DNA of 64,000 nucleotides from Gemmatimonadales bacterium (GTDB lineage: Bacteria; Gemmatimonadota; Gemmatimonadetes; Gemmatimonadales; GWC2-71-9). Every line of letters begins with the position of its first letter. Position 1 is the first letter of the stretch. Below the pieces are notes generated by a model. The model was not told the DNA's origin and did no database searches. It saw only the letters and a program-made list of their open reading frames with translations. Below are positions 30,404 through 39,559 of the stretch, in pieces. The stretch spans positions 32,001 to 96,000 of the forward strand of contig JBDIWC010000006.1 in NCBI GenBank assembly GCA_039794085.1, in the 5' to 3' direction. Made by a program: the position numbers and the translations under genes.

Positions 30404-31605
30404 GGGCTCACCGGAGGGTTCGCCGGGGATGGTGTCACCAGGCGGACAGGAAATCCCACGGGAATCATCCCGCGGCGCAGGTATTCCATCTTGGCGGTTT
30501 CGGTGACGTCGCTGGCGAAGACGAACTCATGCCGGGTGTCGATCACGTAGGCCTTGACGCGAATCACCGTGAGGAACACCTCCCGAAACTCATCCTTGAC
30601 CAGCACCACGATGGGCTTGTCGAGGTGAGTGTACTTCGACATGGCGGCCGCACTGTGGGCGATCTCGCGCGCCTCCCGGGGATCGACCCACCCCGGCAGG
30701 TACAGGTCCACCACCACCTGACAGTCGAGCGCCCCGGTGTTGGCATTGGCCACATGTGCCTCGACCACGGCGCCATTCGGCACGGAGACCAGGCTGTCAT
30801 CCGGGGTCTGGAGCCGGGTGGCCCGCAGACCGATGCTCATCACCTCACCGTAGGTTTCTCCGACACGGACCTTGTCCCCGACCTGGAACGGCTGGTCAAA
30901 GATGATGATGAGCCCCCCCAGGAAATCCTTCAGTACCCCCTGGGAGGCGAAACCGACACCCACTCCCACGGCGGCCCCCACCGCCAGGAGTCCGCTCTGA
31001 TCCAGGTCGTACACCACGGCCACGATCAGCCAGGTGGCGAAGGTGTAGATCACGAGCCGGGCCACCGGCAGGAACCGCATGTAGTACAGGCGGCGCTTGG
31101 CGCTCCGTTCCGCGAGCCCGGTCAGCAACCAGCTGAGGAGACGGATCAGGATCCAGGCCAGCCCGAGGACCACCACGGCCCAGATGGTTCTCATCCCGTA
31201 ACGGCGTACCCCGGCAATCGCTTCGGATGCACTGGGCGCCCCGGTGCCGGTGTCCGCCGCAACTTCGGCGAGTGCCTGCTGTGCACGGGCCGCGACAGAC
31301 TCGGACAACAGCACGACCGTCGTCCCCAGGCGACTGATCTCCTGACGGAGACTGTCCAGGGTGCTGCGAGGTACCACCACCGTGTCGGATGACGCGGTCA
31401 GAGTGTCGGGGGGCGTGGACGTGGTGTCGGAAGGCGGGCGTTGCGTGGACGAATCCTGCTCACCGAGCCCGGACCCCGCCCCCGGGTCGGGAGAGGTGAC
31501 GGCGACGGTGTCCCCCCCGAGAGCGGGAGGGGTGCTCTCGGAGCCGCGGCAGGCGGGTGTCCCCACCACGAACAGACAGACCGACACCAACCGGATCAGG
31601 GACAT
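30400..31605 (-). CDS. MscS-family channel with N-terminal signal/lipoprotein-like extension
   Basis: GVGVGFASQ, PFQVGDKVRVGETYGEVMSIGLRATRL and SVPNG. The N-terminus has a hydrophobic leader ending TPAC and a Ser/Thr/Pro linker. Confidence 0.9.
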   Translation of the reverse strand: MSLIRLVSVCLFVVGTPACRGSESTPPALGGDTVAVTSPDPGAGSGLGEQDSSTQRPPSDTTSTPPDTLTASSDTVVVPRSTLDSLRQEISRLGTTVVLLSESVAARAQQALAEVAADTGTGAPSASEAIAGVRRYGMRTIWAVVVLGLAWILIRLLSWLLTGLAERSAKRRLYYMRFLPVARLVIYTFATWLIVAVVYDLDQSGLLAVGAAVGVGVGFASQGVLKDFLGGLIIIFDQPFQVGDKVRVGETYGEVMSIGLRATRLQTPDDSLVSVPNGAVVEAHVANANTGALDCQVVVDLYLPGWVDPREAREIAHSAAAMSKYTHLDKPIVVLVKDEFREVFLTVIRVKAYVIDTRHEFVFASDVTETAKMEYLRRGMIPVGFPVRLVTPSPANPPVSP

Positions 31606-31679
31606 GGCCAGGATAACTCCCCGGAGAGTGGGAATGGGGCTTCGGAGAATATACTCCGACCCTGGATGGGCGCTCTCGC

Positions 31680-32432
31680 TCAGGGTCGAACCGGGAATCC
31701 CCTCTCGCGGAGGTGCGCACGGGCCTCGGGCAGGGAGCTACCCTGGTCGTGGAAGATGGTCGCCGCCAGAACGGCGTGGGCCCCGGCCGTCAACGCTTCG
31801 GCGAGATGCTCGAGGGTTCCCGCCCCTCCGGACGCCACCACCGGGATGCGCACCGTCTGAGCGGCACGCGCGAGCAGTTCGAGATCATACCCCCGCCCCG
31901 TTCCGTCCCGGTCCATCGACGTCAACAGGATCTCGCCAGCGCCCCGGGCCTCGGCCTCCCGAATCCAGTCGAGGCCGTCGCGGTGGGTCGGCTCCTTCCC
32001 GCCGCGAACCATCACCTGGTAGACCTCGCCATTCCATCGAACGTCCACCGCGACGACGATGCACTGACTCCCGAAGGCACGTGACAGCCGGGTGACGAGA
32101 TCCGGGTCCCGCACGGCGGCGCTGTTGACCGCGATCTTGTCCGCTCCGGCGCGGAGTGTCCGGGCCGCATCCTTCTCGGAGCGGATCCCTCCGCCCACCG
32201 TGAAGGGAATGAAGATCGAGTCGGCCACGCGCGAGACGACATCGAGGGTCGTGGCCCGGTCCTCATCGGTGGCGGAGATATCCAGCAGGACGAGTTCGTC
32301 CGCCCCGTCCCGGTCGTAGCGCGTCGCCTGGGTCACGGGGTCACCGGCGTCGCGGAGTGATGTGAAGTGCACACCCTTGACCACCCGTCCTCCGGCCACA
32401 TCGAGACAGGGAATGATCCGCCGGGCTAGCAC
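31680..32432 (-). CDS. hisF: Imidazole glycerol phosphate synthase cyclase subunit
   Basis: RIIPCLDV, GADELVLLDI, PFTVGGGI and LTSMDRDGT. Confidence 0.98.
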   Translation of the reverse strand: MLARRIIPCLDVAGGRVVKGVHFTSLRDAGDPVTQATRYDRDGADELVLLDISATDEDRATTLDVVSRVADSIFIPFTVGGGIRSEKDAARTLRAGADKIAVNSAAVRDPDLVTRLSRAFGSQCIVVAVDVRWNGEVYQVMVRGGKEPTHRDGLDWIREAEARGAGEILLTSMDRDGTGRGYDLELLARAAQTVRIPVVASGGAGTLEHLAEALTAGAHAVLAATIFHDQGSSLPEARAHLRERGFPVRP

Positions 32433-32899
32433 AGGCGAAGCACGTCTTCGAGGGGCCCGGCATCGCCCCCTTGCAGCAGGACAAGAAGGTCGTCGAGGGC
32501 CCGTCGTTCGCGGGGCCAGCTGAACCGGGCCCGCGCCTCTCCCGGAGCCAGCCAGACATGATCATCGTGCTCCGCCCCGAGAGAGACCTCGCTCCCCGGG
32601 GCCACCATCGCGGCGAAGGCGGGGATGATCGCCACGGCGTTGTCCCGGTGCAGAAAGAACGATTCACACCGGCTCAGGTTGTACCACGCCATCGGCTCGA
32701 GTCCGGTCTCCTCCCGCAGTTCCCTCCGTGCGGTGTCCACCGGGTTCTCCCCCGGCTCCACATGTCCATGCACCGACTCCCAGGCCCCGGGGCATCGGCC
32801 CGTCGGCGCCCGGCGGAGCACGAGGCATTCGAGGTCATCCCCCCCCCTGCCGCGGCGCACGACGTAGACATCCACATACACGATGCGCAGGGAGGTCAC
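32426..32899 (-). CDS. Nudix hydrolase (NudB-like)
   Basis: Perfect Nudix box GHVEPGENPVDTARRELREETGL and EHDDHVW. GTG at 32899 overlaps the hisH stop (GTGA). Confidence 0.88.
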   Translation of the reverse strand: MTSLRIVYVDVYVVRRGRGGDDLECLVLRRAPTGRCPGAWESVHGHVEPGENPVDTARRELREETGLEPMAWYNLSRCESFFLHRDNAVAIIPAFAAMVAPGSEVSLGAEHDDHVWLAPGEARARFSWPRERRALDDLLVLLQGGDAGPLEDVLRLC

Positions 32900-33516
32900 G
32901 GCGCCCACCGTGTGAAGGCGCGCAGCAGCTCCACGCCCGCCTGCTGCGACTTCTCGGGATGGAACTGGGCGCCGAGAACGTTCTCCGATCCGATGATCGT
33001 CGGAAACGGATCCTCGTACTCCGCGACGGCGAGCACGGAGGGTTCCGGAACATCCGCGGGGTGGTAGCTGTGAACGTGGTAGTAGAACTGAGGCCCGTCC
33101 CGCAGCAGAGCCCCGACCACGGGATGGGCACCCGCGGCGGGGGTCCCGGTTACCTCCGCCCACCCGACGTGGGGGACGGGCAGGGTGGTCCGGAATCGGA
33201 TCACTCGGCCCGGCAGCAGGCCCAACCCCGGAAGGCCCGGGGCCTCTTCACTGCTGGCGCAGCAGACCTGGAGGCCCAGACAGATGCCGAGCACGGGGCG
33301 GCCGACTTCGGCGACGGAGCGGATCGCGTCGCCGAGCCCGGTCCGGGTGAGGGTACGCATGGCGGAGTCGAAATGCCCCACTCCGGGCACCACGACGCGA
33401 TCGGCCCGGGCCACGGTCGCGGGGTCACTGGTCAGGGTCCCTTCCGCGCCGGCCGCCTCCAGGGCGCGCACCACGGAGCGGAGGTTGTTCACGCCGTAAT
33501 CCACCACGGCGATCAC
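32896..33516 (-). CDS. hisH: Imidazole glycerol phosphate synthase glutaminase subunit
   Basis: DYGVNNL, PGVG, LGICLGLQ, PHVGW, HSY and QFHPEKS. Confidence 0.97.
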   Translation of the reverse strand: MIAVVDYGVNNLRSVVRALEAAGAEGTLTSDPATVARADRVVVPGVGHFDSAMRTLTRTGLGDAIRSVAEVGRPVLGICLGLQVCCASSEEAPGLPGLGLLPGRVIRFRTTLPVPHVGWAEVTGTPAAGAHPVVGALLRDGPQFYYHVHSYHPADVPEPSVLAVAEYEDPFPTIIGSENVLGAQFHPEKSQQAGVELLRAFTRWAP

Positions 33517-34106
33517 AGGACACCCTTCGTGGAGGGAATGCCCACGACACGCGGATCACGACTCGTGGCGTGGTCGAGAGCTCGCGCAAAGGCCTTGACG
33601 GTCGCTTCCACGATGTGGTGCGGATTGTCCCCTCGGAGCAGATCGAGATGCACCGTGAGACCGGCGTGGGTCACCAGGGCGCGGAAGAACTCGGGCGTGA
33701 GGAACACATCGTAGTCCCCGAGCATCTGCCACTTGGGAATCTCGATCTGGTAGGCCAGGTAGGGCCGACCGGAGACGTCAACGACGGCGCGCACCAGCGC
33801 ATCGTCGAGGGGAACGGTGGCTTCGCCGTACCGCCGGATGCCGGCCCGATCTCCCAGCGCCTCGGCGAGAGCCTGTCCGAGGACGATCCCGGTGTCCTCC
33901 ACGGTGTGGTGTCCGTCCACGTGGAGGTCACCGGCCCCTTCGACGGTGAGGTCGAAGAGTCCGTGCCGGGCAAACGCCTCGAGCATGTGATCGAAGAACC
34001 CGATCCCCGTGCCACACGCGCACTGGCCGGTTCCGTCGAGTGCGAGGCGCACGCGCAGGGTGGTCTCCCGGGTGTCCCGGCGCCGATCCCCCACACGCGC
34101 CGTCAT
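33513..34106 (-). CDS. hisB: Imidazoleglycerol-phosphate dehydratase
   Basis: FFDHML, DGHHTVED and NPHHIVEA; ATG at 34106 overlaps the hisC stop. Confidence 0.97.
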   Translation of the reverse strand: MTARVGDRRRDTRETTLRVRLALDGTGQCACGTGIGFFDHMLEAFARHGLFDLTVEGAGDLHVDGHHTVEDTGIVLGQALAEALGDRAGIRRYGEATVPLDDALVRAVVDVSGRPYLAYQIEIPKWQMLGDYDVFLTPEFFRALVTHAGLTVHLDLLRGDNPHHIVEATVKAFARALDHATSRDPRVVGIPSTKGVL

Positions 34107-35200
34107 GGGAGGATGACCCGGAGGGCCGCACAGGTTCGTTCCATGTCCTCCTCCGTTCCGATCGTGATCCGAAGACACTCCGCAAGACCCTCGCCCTGGC
34201 TCACATCGCGCACCAGGATTCCGAACTCCGCCAGGAGGCGGGCGAACACCGTCGCGGCCGGTACCCGGTCACACCGAATCAACAGAAAGTTGGCTTCTCC
34301 CGGGTAGACGTGCAGCCCGGGAAGGCGGCGGAGCTCGTCCCGAATACGCTCCCGGCGTTCCACGAGTTCCGCCACCCGGGCGTGGATGGTGGTCTGGTGA
34401 TCCAGAAGAGTCAGCGCCACATCCAGGGTGAACCGGTTGACGTTGTAGGGGAGCTTCGCCTTGTGCATCTCGGAGGCCAGCGCGGGATGGGCCAGGGCGT
34501 ATCCGAACCGGAGTCCGGCCAGACCGAACGCCTTGCTGAATGTTCGCACGACCACCACCCGGGCCGACTCCCGGAGCAGGGGGACCATGGTGTCGCCCCC
34601 AAACTCCTGATAGGCCTCGTCGACGAGGATGAGGGCCTCGGTCTCGGCCAGGAGGCGTTCCACCAGGGGGCGCGGGCAGATCGTGCCGGTGGGGTTGTTG
34701 GGCGTGCAGACCACCACCACCCGCGCGTCGTGCGCCGCCCGGAGCAGCGGTGCCGCTTCCCAGGCAAACTCCGCTCCCAGGGACACCCCGTGCCACCGGG
34801 CCCCGGCCACCCCGGCCAGCAGCCGGTACAGGCTGAAAGTGGGGCTCGGGGTCACGACCCGATCACCGGACCGGAGGGTGACCGCGAAGGTGGCCTGGAT
34901 CAGCTCGTTCGAGCCATTCCCCACCAGCACCCCCTCGGGAACCCACTCGTGCCTCTCGGCCAGGCGGGCCGTCAACTCGGCGGGGACGAACGCGGGATAC
35001 CGGTTCCAGGGGGCGGACACAATCCGGTCGGCCAGGGTGCGCTTCCACGGGTCCGGCAGGTCAAAGGGGCTCTCGTTCTGATTCAGCTTGATGGGCGCGT
35101 CGGGTGCGTTCAGCGTGTAGCCCTGGAGACTCCGCACCTCGGGCGTGACCAGCGCGAGGACAGCATCGGCTCCGGGGAGCCGGGACGGAGGGGAGGTCAT
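34103..35200 (-). CDS. hisC: Histidinol-phosphate aminotransferase
   Basis: KLNQNESP, NRYP, GNGSNELI, PNNPTG, DEAY and RTFSKAFGLAGLRFGY. Confidence 0.95.
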   Translation of the reverse strand: MTSPPSRLPGADAVLALVTPEVRSLQGYTLNAPDAPIKLNQNESPFDLPDPWKRTLADRIVSAPWNRYPAFVPAELTARLAERHEWVPEGVLVGNGSNELIQATFAVTLRSGDRVVTPSPTFSLYRLLAGVAGARWHGVSLGAEFAWEAAPLLRAAHDARVVVVCTPNNPTGTICPRPLVERLLAETEALILVDEAYQEFGGDTMVPLLRESARVVVVRTFSKAFGLAGLRFGYALAHPALASEMHKAKLPYNVNRFTLDVALTLLDHQTTIHARVAELVERRERIRDELRRLPGLHVYPGEANFLLIRCDRVPAATVFARLLAEFGILVRDVSQGEGLAECLRITIGTEEDMERTCAALRVILP

Positions 35201-35201
35201 G

Positions 35202-37451
35202 TCACGCGGGGCGACGGCCATCGAGCAGCGCGTCGATCCGCGCCGCCAGGGCCCGGGCCCGGAACGGCTTGGTGAGGAAGTCCGCCGCCCCGAGTTCCAG
35301 GACCCGGACCTCGTTGTCCTCGTCACCCTTGGCCGTCAGAACAACCACCGGCACCCCCCGCATGGCGGGACGGGAACGGATCTGGGCCAGCACCTCGTAG
35401 CCGTCGATCCCCGGCAGGTTCAGGTCGAGGATGATCACATCGGGGGCGTGCCGGTCGACCATGTCGAGCGCCTCGACGCCGTCCGCCGCTTCCAGAACCT
35501 GATAGCCCGCCCGCTCCATCAGATCCCGCATCGCCCGCCGGAGGTGTTCTTCGTCATCCACCAGGAGCAACCGGGCCTTGGTGCTTTTCGACGAGCCGTC
35601 TCCGGGTTCCGACGCCATCTCATCCACCAGGTCGAAATCAGGGAGGACGGCCTCGGAATCCTGGCGCACCCCCGGGAAGGTCGGAGCTCCGCCGGGCGGC
35701 GGAGGGGCGACGGAGGCCACGGGCGGTTCGGGAGCGGCCTGGGGAACCGGCACCGAGGCGAAGGCCTTGCGGGGAGGGTCGGTGACCCGCATCACTTCGT
35801 CGATCGAGGTCAGGCCCAGCAGGGCCCGGTCGATGGCGCTCTCGAACAGGGACCGCATGCCGTTCACCCGGGCGGCCTGCGCGATGGTGTCGGCGGTGGC
35901 CCCACTCCCGATGAGCCGTTCCAGTTCGGGACTCATGGTGAGAATTTCCACCACCCCGAGCCGGCCTCGATACCCGGTCTGGGTGCACTCGGGACAGCCC
36001 ACCGCCCGATAGAGTGTGGCCCCGTCGGGGATCCATTCCGCCACCCGTGCCGGCGGGGGATCGGTGGTCACCTCACGACACACCGGACAGAGTCGCCGCA
36101 CCAGGCGCTGAGCCACCACGCCGCGAAGGGCGGAGGCGATCTTGTACCCCTCCATCCCCATGTCGGTGAGACGGGTGACACTGTTGGGGGCGTCGTTCGT
36201 GTGCAGGGTGGACAGGACCAGGTGGCCGGTGAGCGACGCCTGAATCGCGATTTGCGCGGTCTCGCCGTCCCGGATCTCGCCCACGAGCACCACGTCCGGA
36301 TCCTGGCGGAGAATGGATCGCAGGGCCGTGGCGAAGGTCAATCCGGCGCGCTCGTTGGTCTGCACCTGCACGATGTTCGCGCCGAGCCGGTACTCGACCG
36401 GGTCCTCGACGGTGACGATGTTGACACCCTCACTCTGAATGGCCCGCAGGGTGGCGTACAGCGTGGTGGTCTTCCCCGATCCCGTGGGACCGGTCACCAG
36501 AATGATCCCTTCCTTGTTCCGGAGGAGCCCCTCCAGCGCCTCCCGCTCCGAGGCCATGAGGCCCAGGGCATCGAGGCTCAGAACCGTCGACTTCGTATTG
36601 AGGACCCGGATGACGATCTTCTCCCCGTGCGTCGCCGGGAGCGTGGAGACCCGCAGGTCCACCTGGTCCTTGTTGACGAGCATCCGGGTCCGGCCGTCCT
36701 GAGGCCGAAGACGGTCGGAGATGTCCATCCCCGAGACGATCTTGATCCTCGACACCAGCGGAATCCCCGCGGACCGGGGGATTCTCATGACCTGCCGCAG
36801 CACACCGTCGATCCGGTAACGCACCACCAGACCGCCCTCGACGGGCTCGATGTGGATGTCACTCGCCCGGCTGGCGATCCCGTCCGCCAGGAGGGTGTCC
36901 ACCAGCTTGATGATCGGACGCTTGGCCGCCTCCGCCGCGGCGAAGGAGACCTCATCCTCGGTCGTCTCCGTGATCTGAGACACCTCGGCTTCGTCGACCA
37001 TCCCGCCGAGCAGCTTGGCCACGACGTCTTCGGGCCGGTACACCTCGTCGAGCTGTTCCCGGATCTTCGCGGGAGAGGCCAGAAGCATCCGGACTTCGAG
37101 ACCGGTGGCAAACGACAGCATCTTGTCGGCGTCCATATCGAACGGATTCGAGGTCGCCACTTCGATGAAGGAGTCGGTGATCCGGAGGGGAAGCGCCTGG
37201 TACCGGCGGGCCAGGTTCTCGGGGACCGATTGCACCGCGGCCCGATCCGCCTCGCGCACGTTGGCGAGCTGCAGCCGGAACCGGGCAGCCACCGCCTCCA
37301 GAATCTGGTCGTCGGTCAGCCGGCGACGCTGCGTGACCGTCTCCCACACCGAGTCGGGGCGCTCCTGATCCATGCGCAGCCGATCCACTTCCCCCGGCTC
37401 CAGCAAGGGAGCCAGGGTGGGAACCAGCCACTCGTCCTGAAATTCAGCCAT
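35202..37451 (-). CDS. PilB/GspE secretion ATPase with C-terminal receiver domain
   Basis: ASDIHIEP, RPQDG, GPTGSGKT, TVEDPVE, LRQDPD, TGHLVLSTLH and CPVC..CPEC. C-terminal LLVDDE..IILD..LTA..KPF receiver. Confidence 0.92.
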   Translation of the reverse strand: MAEFQDEWLVPTLAPLLEPGEVDRLRMDQERPDSVWETVTQRRRLTDDQILEAVAARFRLQLANVREADRAAVQSVPENLARRYQALPLRITDSFIEVATSNPFDMDADKMLSFATGLEVRMLLASPAKIREQLDEVYRPEDVVAKLLGGMVDEAEVSQITETTEDEVSFAAAEAAKRPIIKLVDTLLADGIASRASDIHIEPVEGGLVVRYRIDGVLRQVMRIPRSAGIPLVSRIKIVSGMDISDRLRPQDGRTRMLVNKDQVDLRVSTLPATHGEKIVIRVLNTKSTVLSLDALGLMASEREALEGLLRNKEGIILVTGPTGSGKTTTLYATLRAIQSEGVNIVTVEDPVEYRLGANIVQVQTNERAGLTFATALRSILRQDPDVVLVGEIRDGETAQIAIQASLTGHLVLSTLHTNDAPNSVTRLTDMGMEGYKIASALRGVVAQRLVRRLCPVCREVTTDPPPARVAEWIPDGATLYRAVGCPECTQTGYRGRLGVVEILTMSPELERLIGSGATADTIAQAARVNGMRSLFESAIDRALLGLTSIDEVMRVTDPPRKAFASVPVPQAAPEPPVASVAPPPPGGAPTFPGVRQDSEAVLPDFDLVDEMASEPGDGSSKSTKARLLLVDDEEHLRRAMRDLMERAGYQVLEAADGVEALDMVDRHAPDVIILDLNLPGIDGYEVLAQIRSRPAMRGVPVVVLTAKGDEDNEVRVLELGAADFLTKPFRARALAARIDALLDGRRPA

Positions 37452-37564
37452 CCGCAGCGTTGCTCCCTTTGCGCTGGTAGAACACCAACAAAGATACCCT
37501 CACACCCGATGGATTGAGCACCGGTGGGACGGCCCTGACCTGGATATTCCCGTGTGAGGATCCT

Positions 37565-39559
37565 TCACAACACCGGCCAGAGTGCTCGATCAAGGTCCAC
37601 GCTGGCACCCAATCGCCCCGCCCGAACCGCCCACCCCATCCTCACACTGAGCAAGTCTCCGACCAGACCGAATGATAACCCGACGACGGGACGGACGCCG
37701 TCGCTGGCACCCCACGGCACACCGTTCAGCTCCCCCCCGGCCCACCCGGCCGCCGCAAAGGGCGAGATCCGGATCGCGGGAGAATAACTCCCGTGCACCA
37801 GGGGAAGGGGAGGCCCCGGGATGTGGAGGTCGTACCGAAATTCGACCAACGCCGTGCGACGCCCCCCAAAGCGCCGGAACCCCTCTCCTTCCAACGTCCC
37901 CCACCCCCCGAGGACCAGACTCCGTGCCACCGGTAGATCCCGGCTCCCCCACCCGGCCCGGCCCGCCAGGAAAACCGGCCCCCGATGCACATCGAGTTCA
38001 ATCCGGATCCTGAGGTAGTCGTGGGATCCCGCACCTGCTTCTCCCTCCAGGCGCCAGGTTGCCGGTCGGAGATCCCCACCGCTCCAGGCGGTTCGGACCA
38101 CCCCAACCGTTCCCGACCCGAGAGGGGGATTGGCGCGAAACCGTCCAACCAGGGGACCCGCCACCGTTGTCAGCGACGTCCTGTTCTCCATGCTGAGACC
38201 CACCTGTCCCCCGAGAGAGCGACCCGGCTTCCAGTTCAGGAGAATCCCGGCCGATCGTTCCCGGACCCAGTCACCAAGATCCAGGCCCCCCTGAGCGACC
38301 AGTGACCGGGTGAGCCCGCTCACCACGGCACGATCCTCCAGATCGCGCACTTCCCGGGCCCCCCAGATCGTGATCTCTGCCGTCCCGCCGCCCAGCTCCG
38401 CCGCCACGCGAGCCTGGAGGCCGCCACCCTCCAGGCCCACTCGCAGGTGCCCCCGGGCCGTCGCGCCCGAACCCAGTCTCCATTCCCCTCCTCCCCCCAA
38501 CGCCACTCCTTCGACCCGGGTGAACCGGATGAGATCACTCACGCCCCCGAGCGCCGGGCGGACTCGCCGGACGGTGCCCTCCAACTCCCGATCGGCCAGG
38601 TGGCCGGCCTCCCGATGCACGGCCCTCAACTCCCGGAGATCGAGCGGATCCAGGGCGCCGAGCGCCTCTTCCAGGGACCTGTCCCATACGGCGGTCCGGT
38701 CGGGGCGACGCAGTCCGCCAATGGCCGGGCCCTCGCGGAAACCCGGCGGCTCGGACGCATCGAGCACCACGTCTTCCATCTGCCACGCGGTGCGAATGGC
38801 GGTACGGATCGGGAGAGCAATCCCGGGAGGTCGCCGCCGGACCTCGAGTTCCTGGCGCCAGGGAAGCCACCGATCGTCCACCCGGGCATTTTCCAGAAGG
38901 ATCGTGATCGCTTCGACCGTCGGGTCCCGGTACGACGCCGGGGTGAAGGTGAAGCGGAACCGGACCAGGGCGGCGCGCCCCCGTTCGAGGAAGAGGGTCC
39001 CGATGACACCCGGGGCGCCGGCGTCCCGTGGCCGGACATGCACGGCAATCAGAACGAGGGTATCGATGGTGGTGACGACGCGCACCGTGTCCCCCCCCGC
39101 ATACTCATAGAAGTGCGGGGCCCGGGCCCCGAGCGGGTGGGGAACGTCGCGGACCTCCTCCCCGTCGCCGAGCCGGATCGCCTCGCCGAACTCGTCGAGA
39201 ATGAGGGCAAGATGGTCCCGGTGATAGGCAATTCCGGTCGGGAAGGCCACGGTGTCGCGCCAGGCCACGATCCGCTGCTTGCTCTTCCCCGGCGACCGCC
39301 AATACACTTCGACCCGGAGTTCGTCGAGCTGGGAGACCCGCGGAGTGGCATCCCCCCGGGGACCCAGTTCCCGCAGGAGGGTGACCCCGCCGTGAGCCCG
39401 GCCGAACCAGGGACGGGCCCCGGCACTGTCGATTTCCGCTCGGTGGGCCACCGCGCGAGACACCAGAAGGCGAACCGCCGGGGTGCCCCACTCCTGGGCT
39501 TGCCCCGTTCGGGCCACGAGGCCCAGGAAACACCAGACCATCCACCTGGACATCACCAT
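37565..39559 (-). CDS. Hypothetical exported / outer-membrane beta-barrel protein
   Basis: Signal peptide (..GQAQE), RFTRVEG, LGGWGTLEG and amphipathic C-terminal strands. Start at 39559 or 39553. Confidence 0.65.
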   Translation of the reverse strand: MVMSRWMVWCFLGLVARTGQAQEWGTPAVRLLVSRAVAHRAEIDSAGARPWFGRAHGGVTLLRELGPRGDATPRVSQLDELRVEVYWRSPGKSKQRIVAWRDTVAFPTGIAYHRDHLALILDEFGEAIRLGDGEEVRDVPHPLGARAPHFYEYAGGDTVRVVTTIDTLVLIAVHVRPRDAGAPGVIGTLFLERGRAALVRFRFTFTPASYRDPTVEAITILLENARVDDRWLPWRQELEVRRRPPGIALPIRTAIRTAWQMEDVVLDASEPPGFREGPAIGGLRRPDRTAVWDRSLEEALGALDPLDLRELRAVHREAGHLADRELEGTVRRVRPALGGVSDLIRFTRVEGVALGGGGEWRLGSGATARGHLRVGLEGGGLQARVAAELGGGTAEITIWGAREVRDLEDRAVVSGLTRSLVAQGGLDLGDWVRERSAGILLNWKPGRSLGGQVGLSMENRTSLTTVAGPLVGRFRANPPLGSGTVGVVRTAWSGGDLRPATWRLEGEAGAGSHDYLRIRIELDVHRGPVFLAGRAGWGSRDLPVARSLVLGGWGTLEGEGFRRFGGRRTALVEFRYDLHIPGPPLPLVHGSYSPAIRISPFAAAGWAGGELNGVPWGASDGVRPVVGLSFGLVGDLLSVRMGWAVRAGRLGASVDLDRALWPVL

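Noticed and set aside
26180..30550. Long plus-strand ORFs (797 aa, 650 aa) and similar long antisense ORFs over dnaK, clpX, pilB, glmS and glmM
   Set aside because: These are shadow ORFs typical of high-GC codon bias; they have no motifs and lie opposite well-supported genes.
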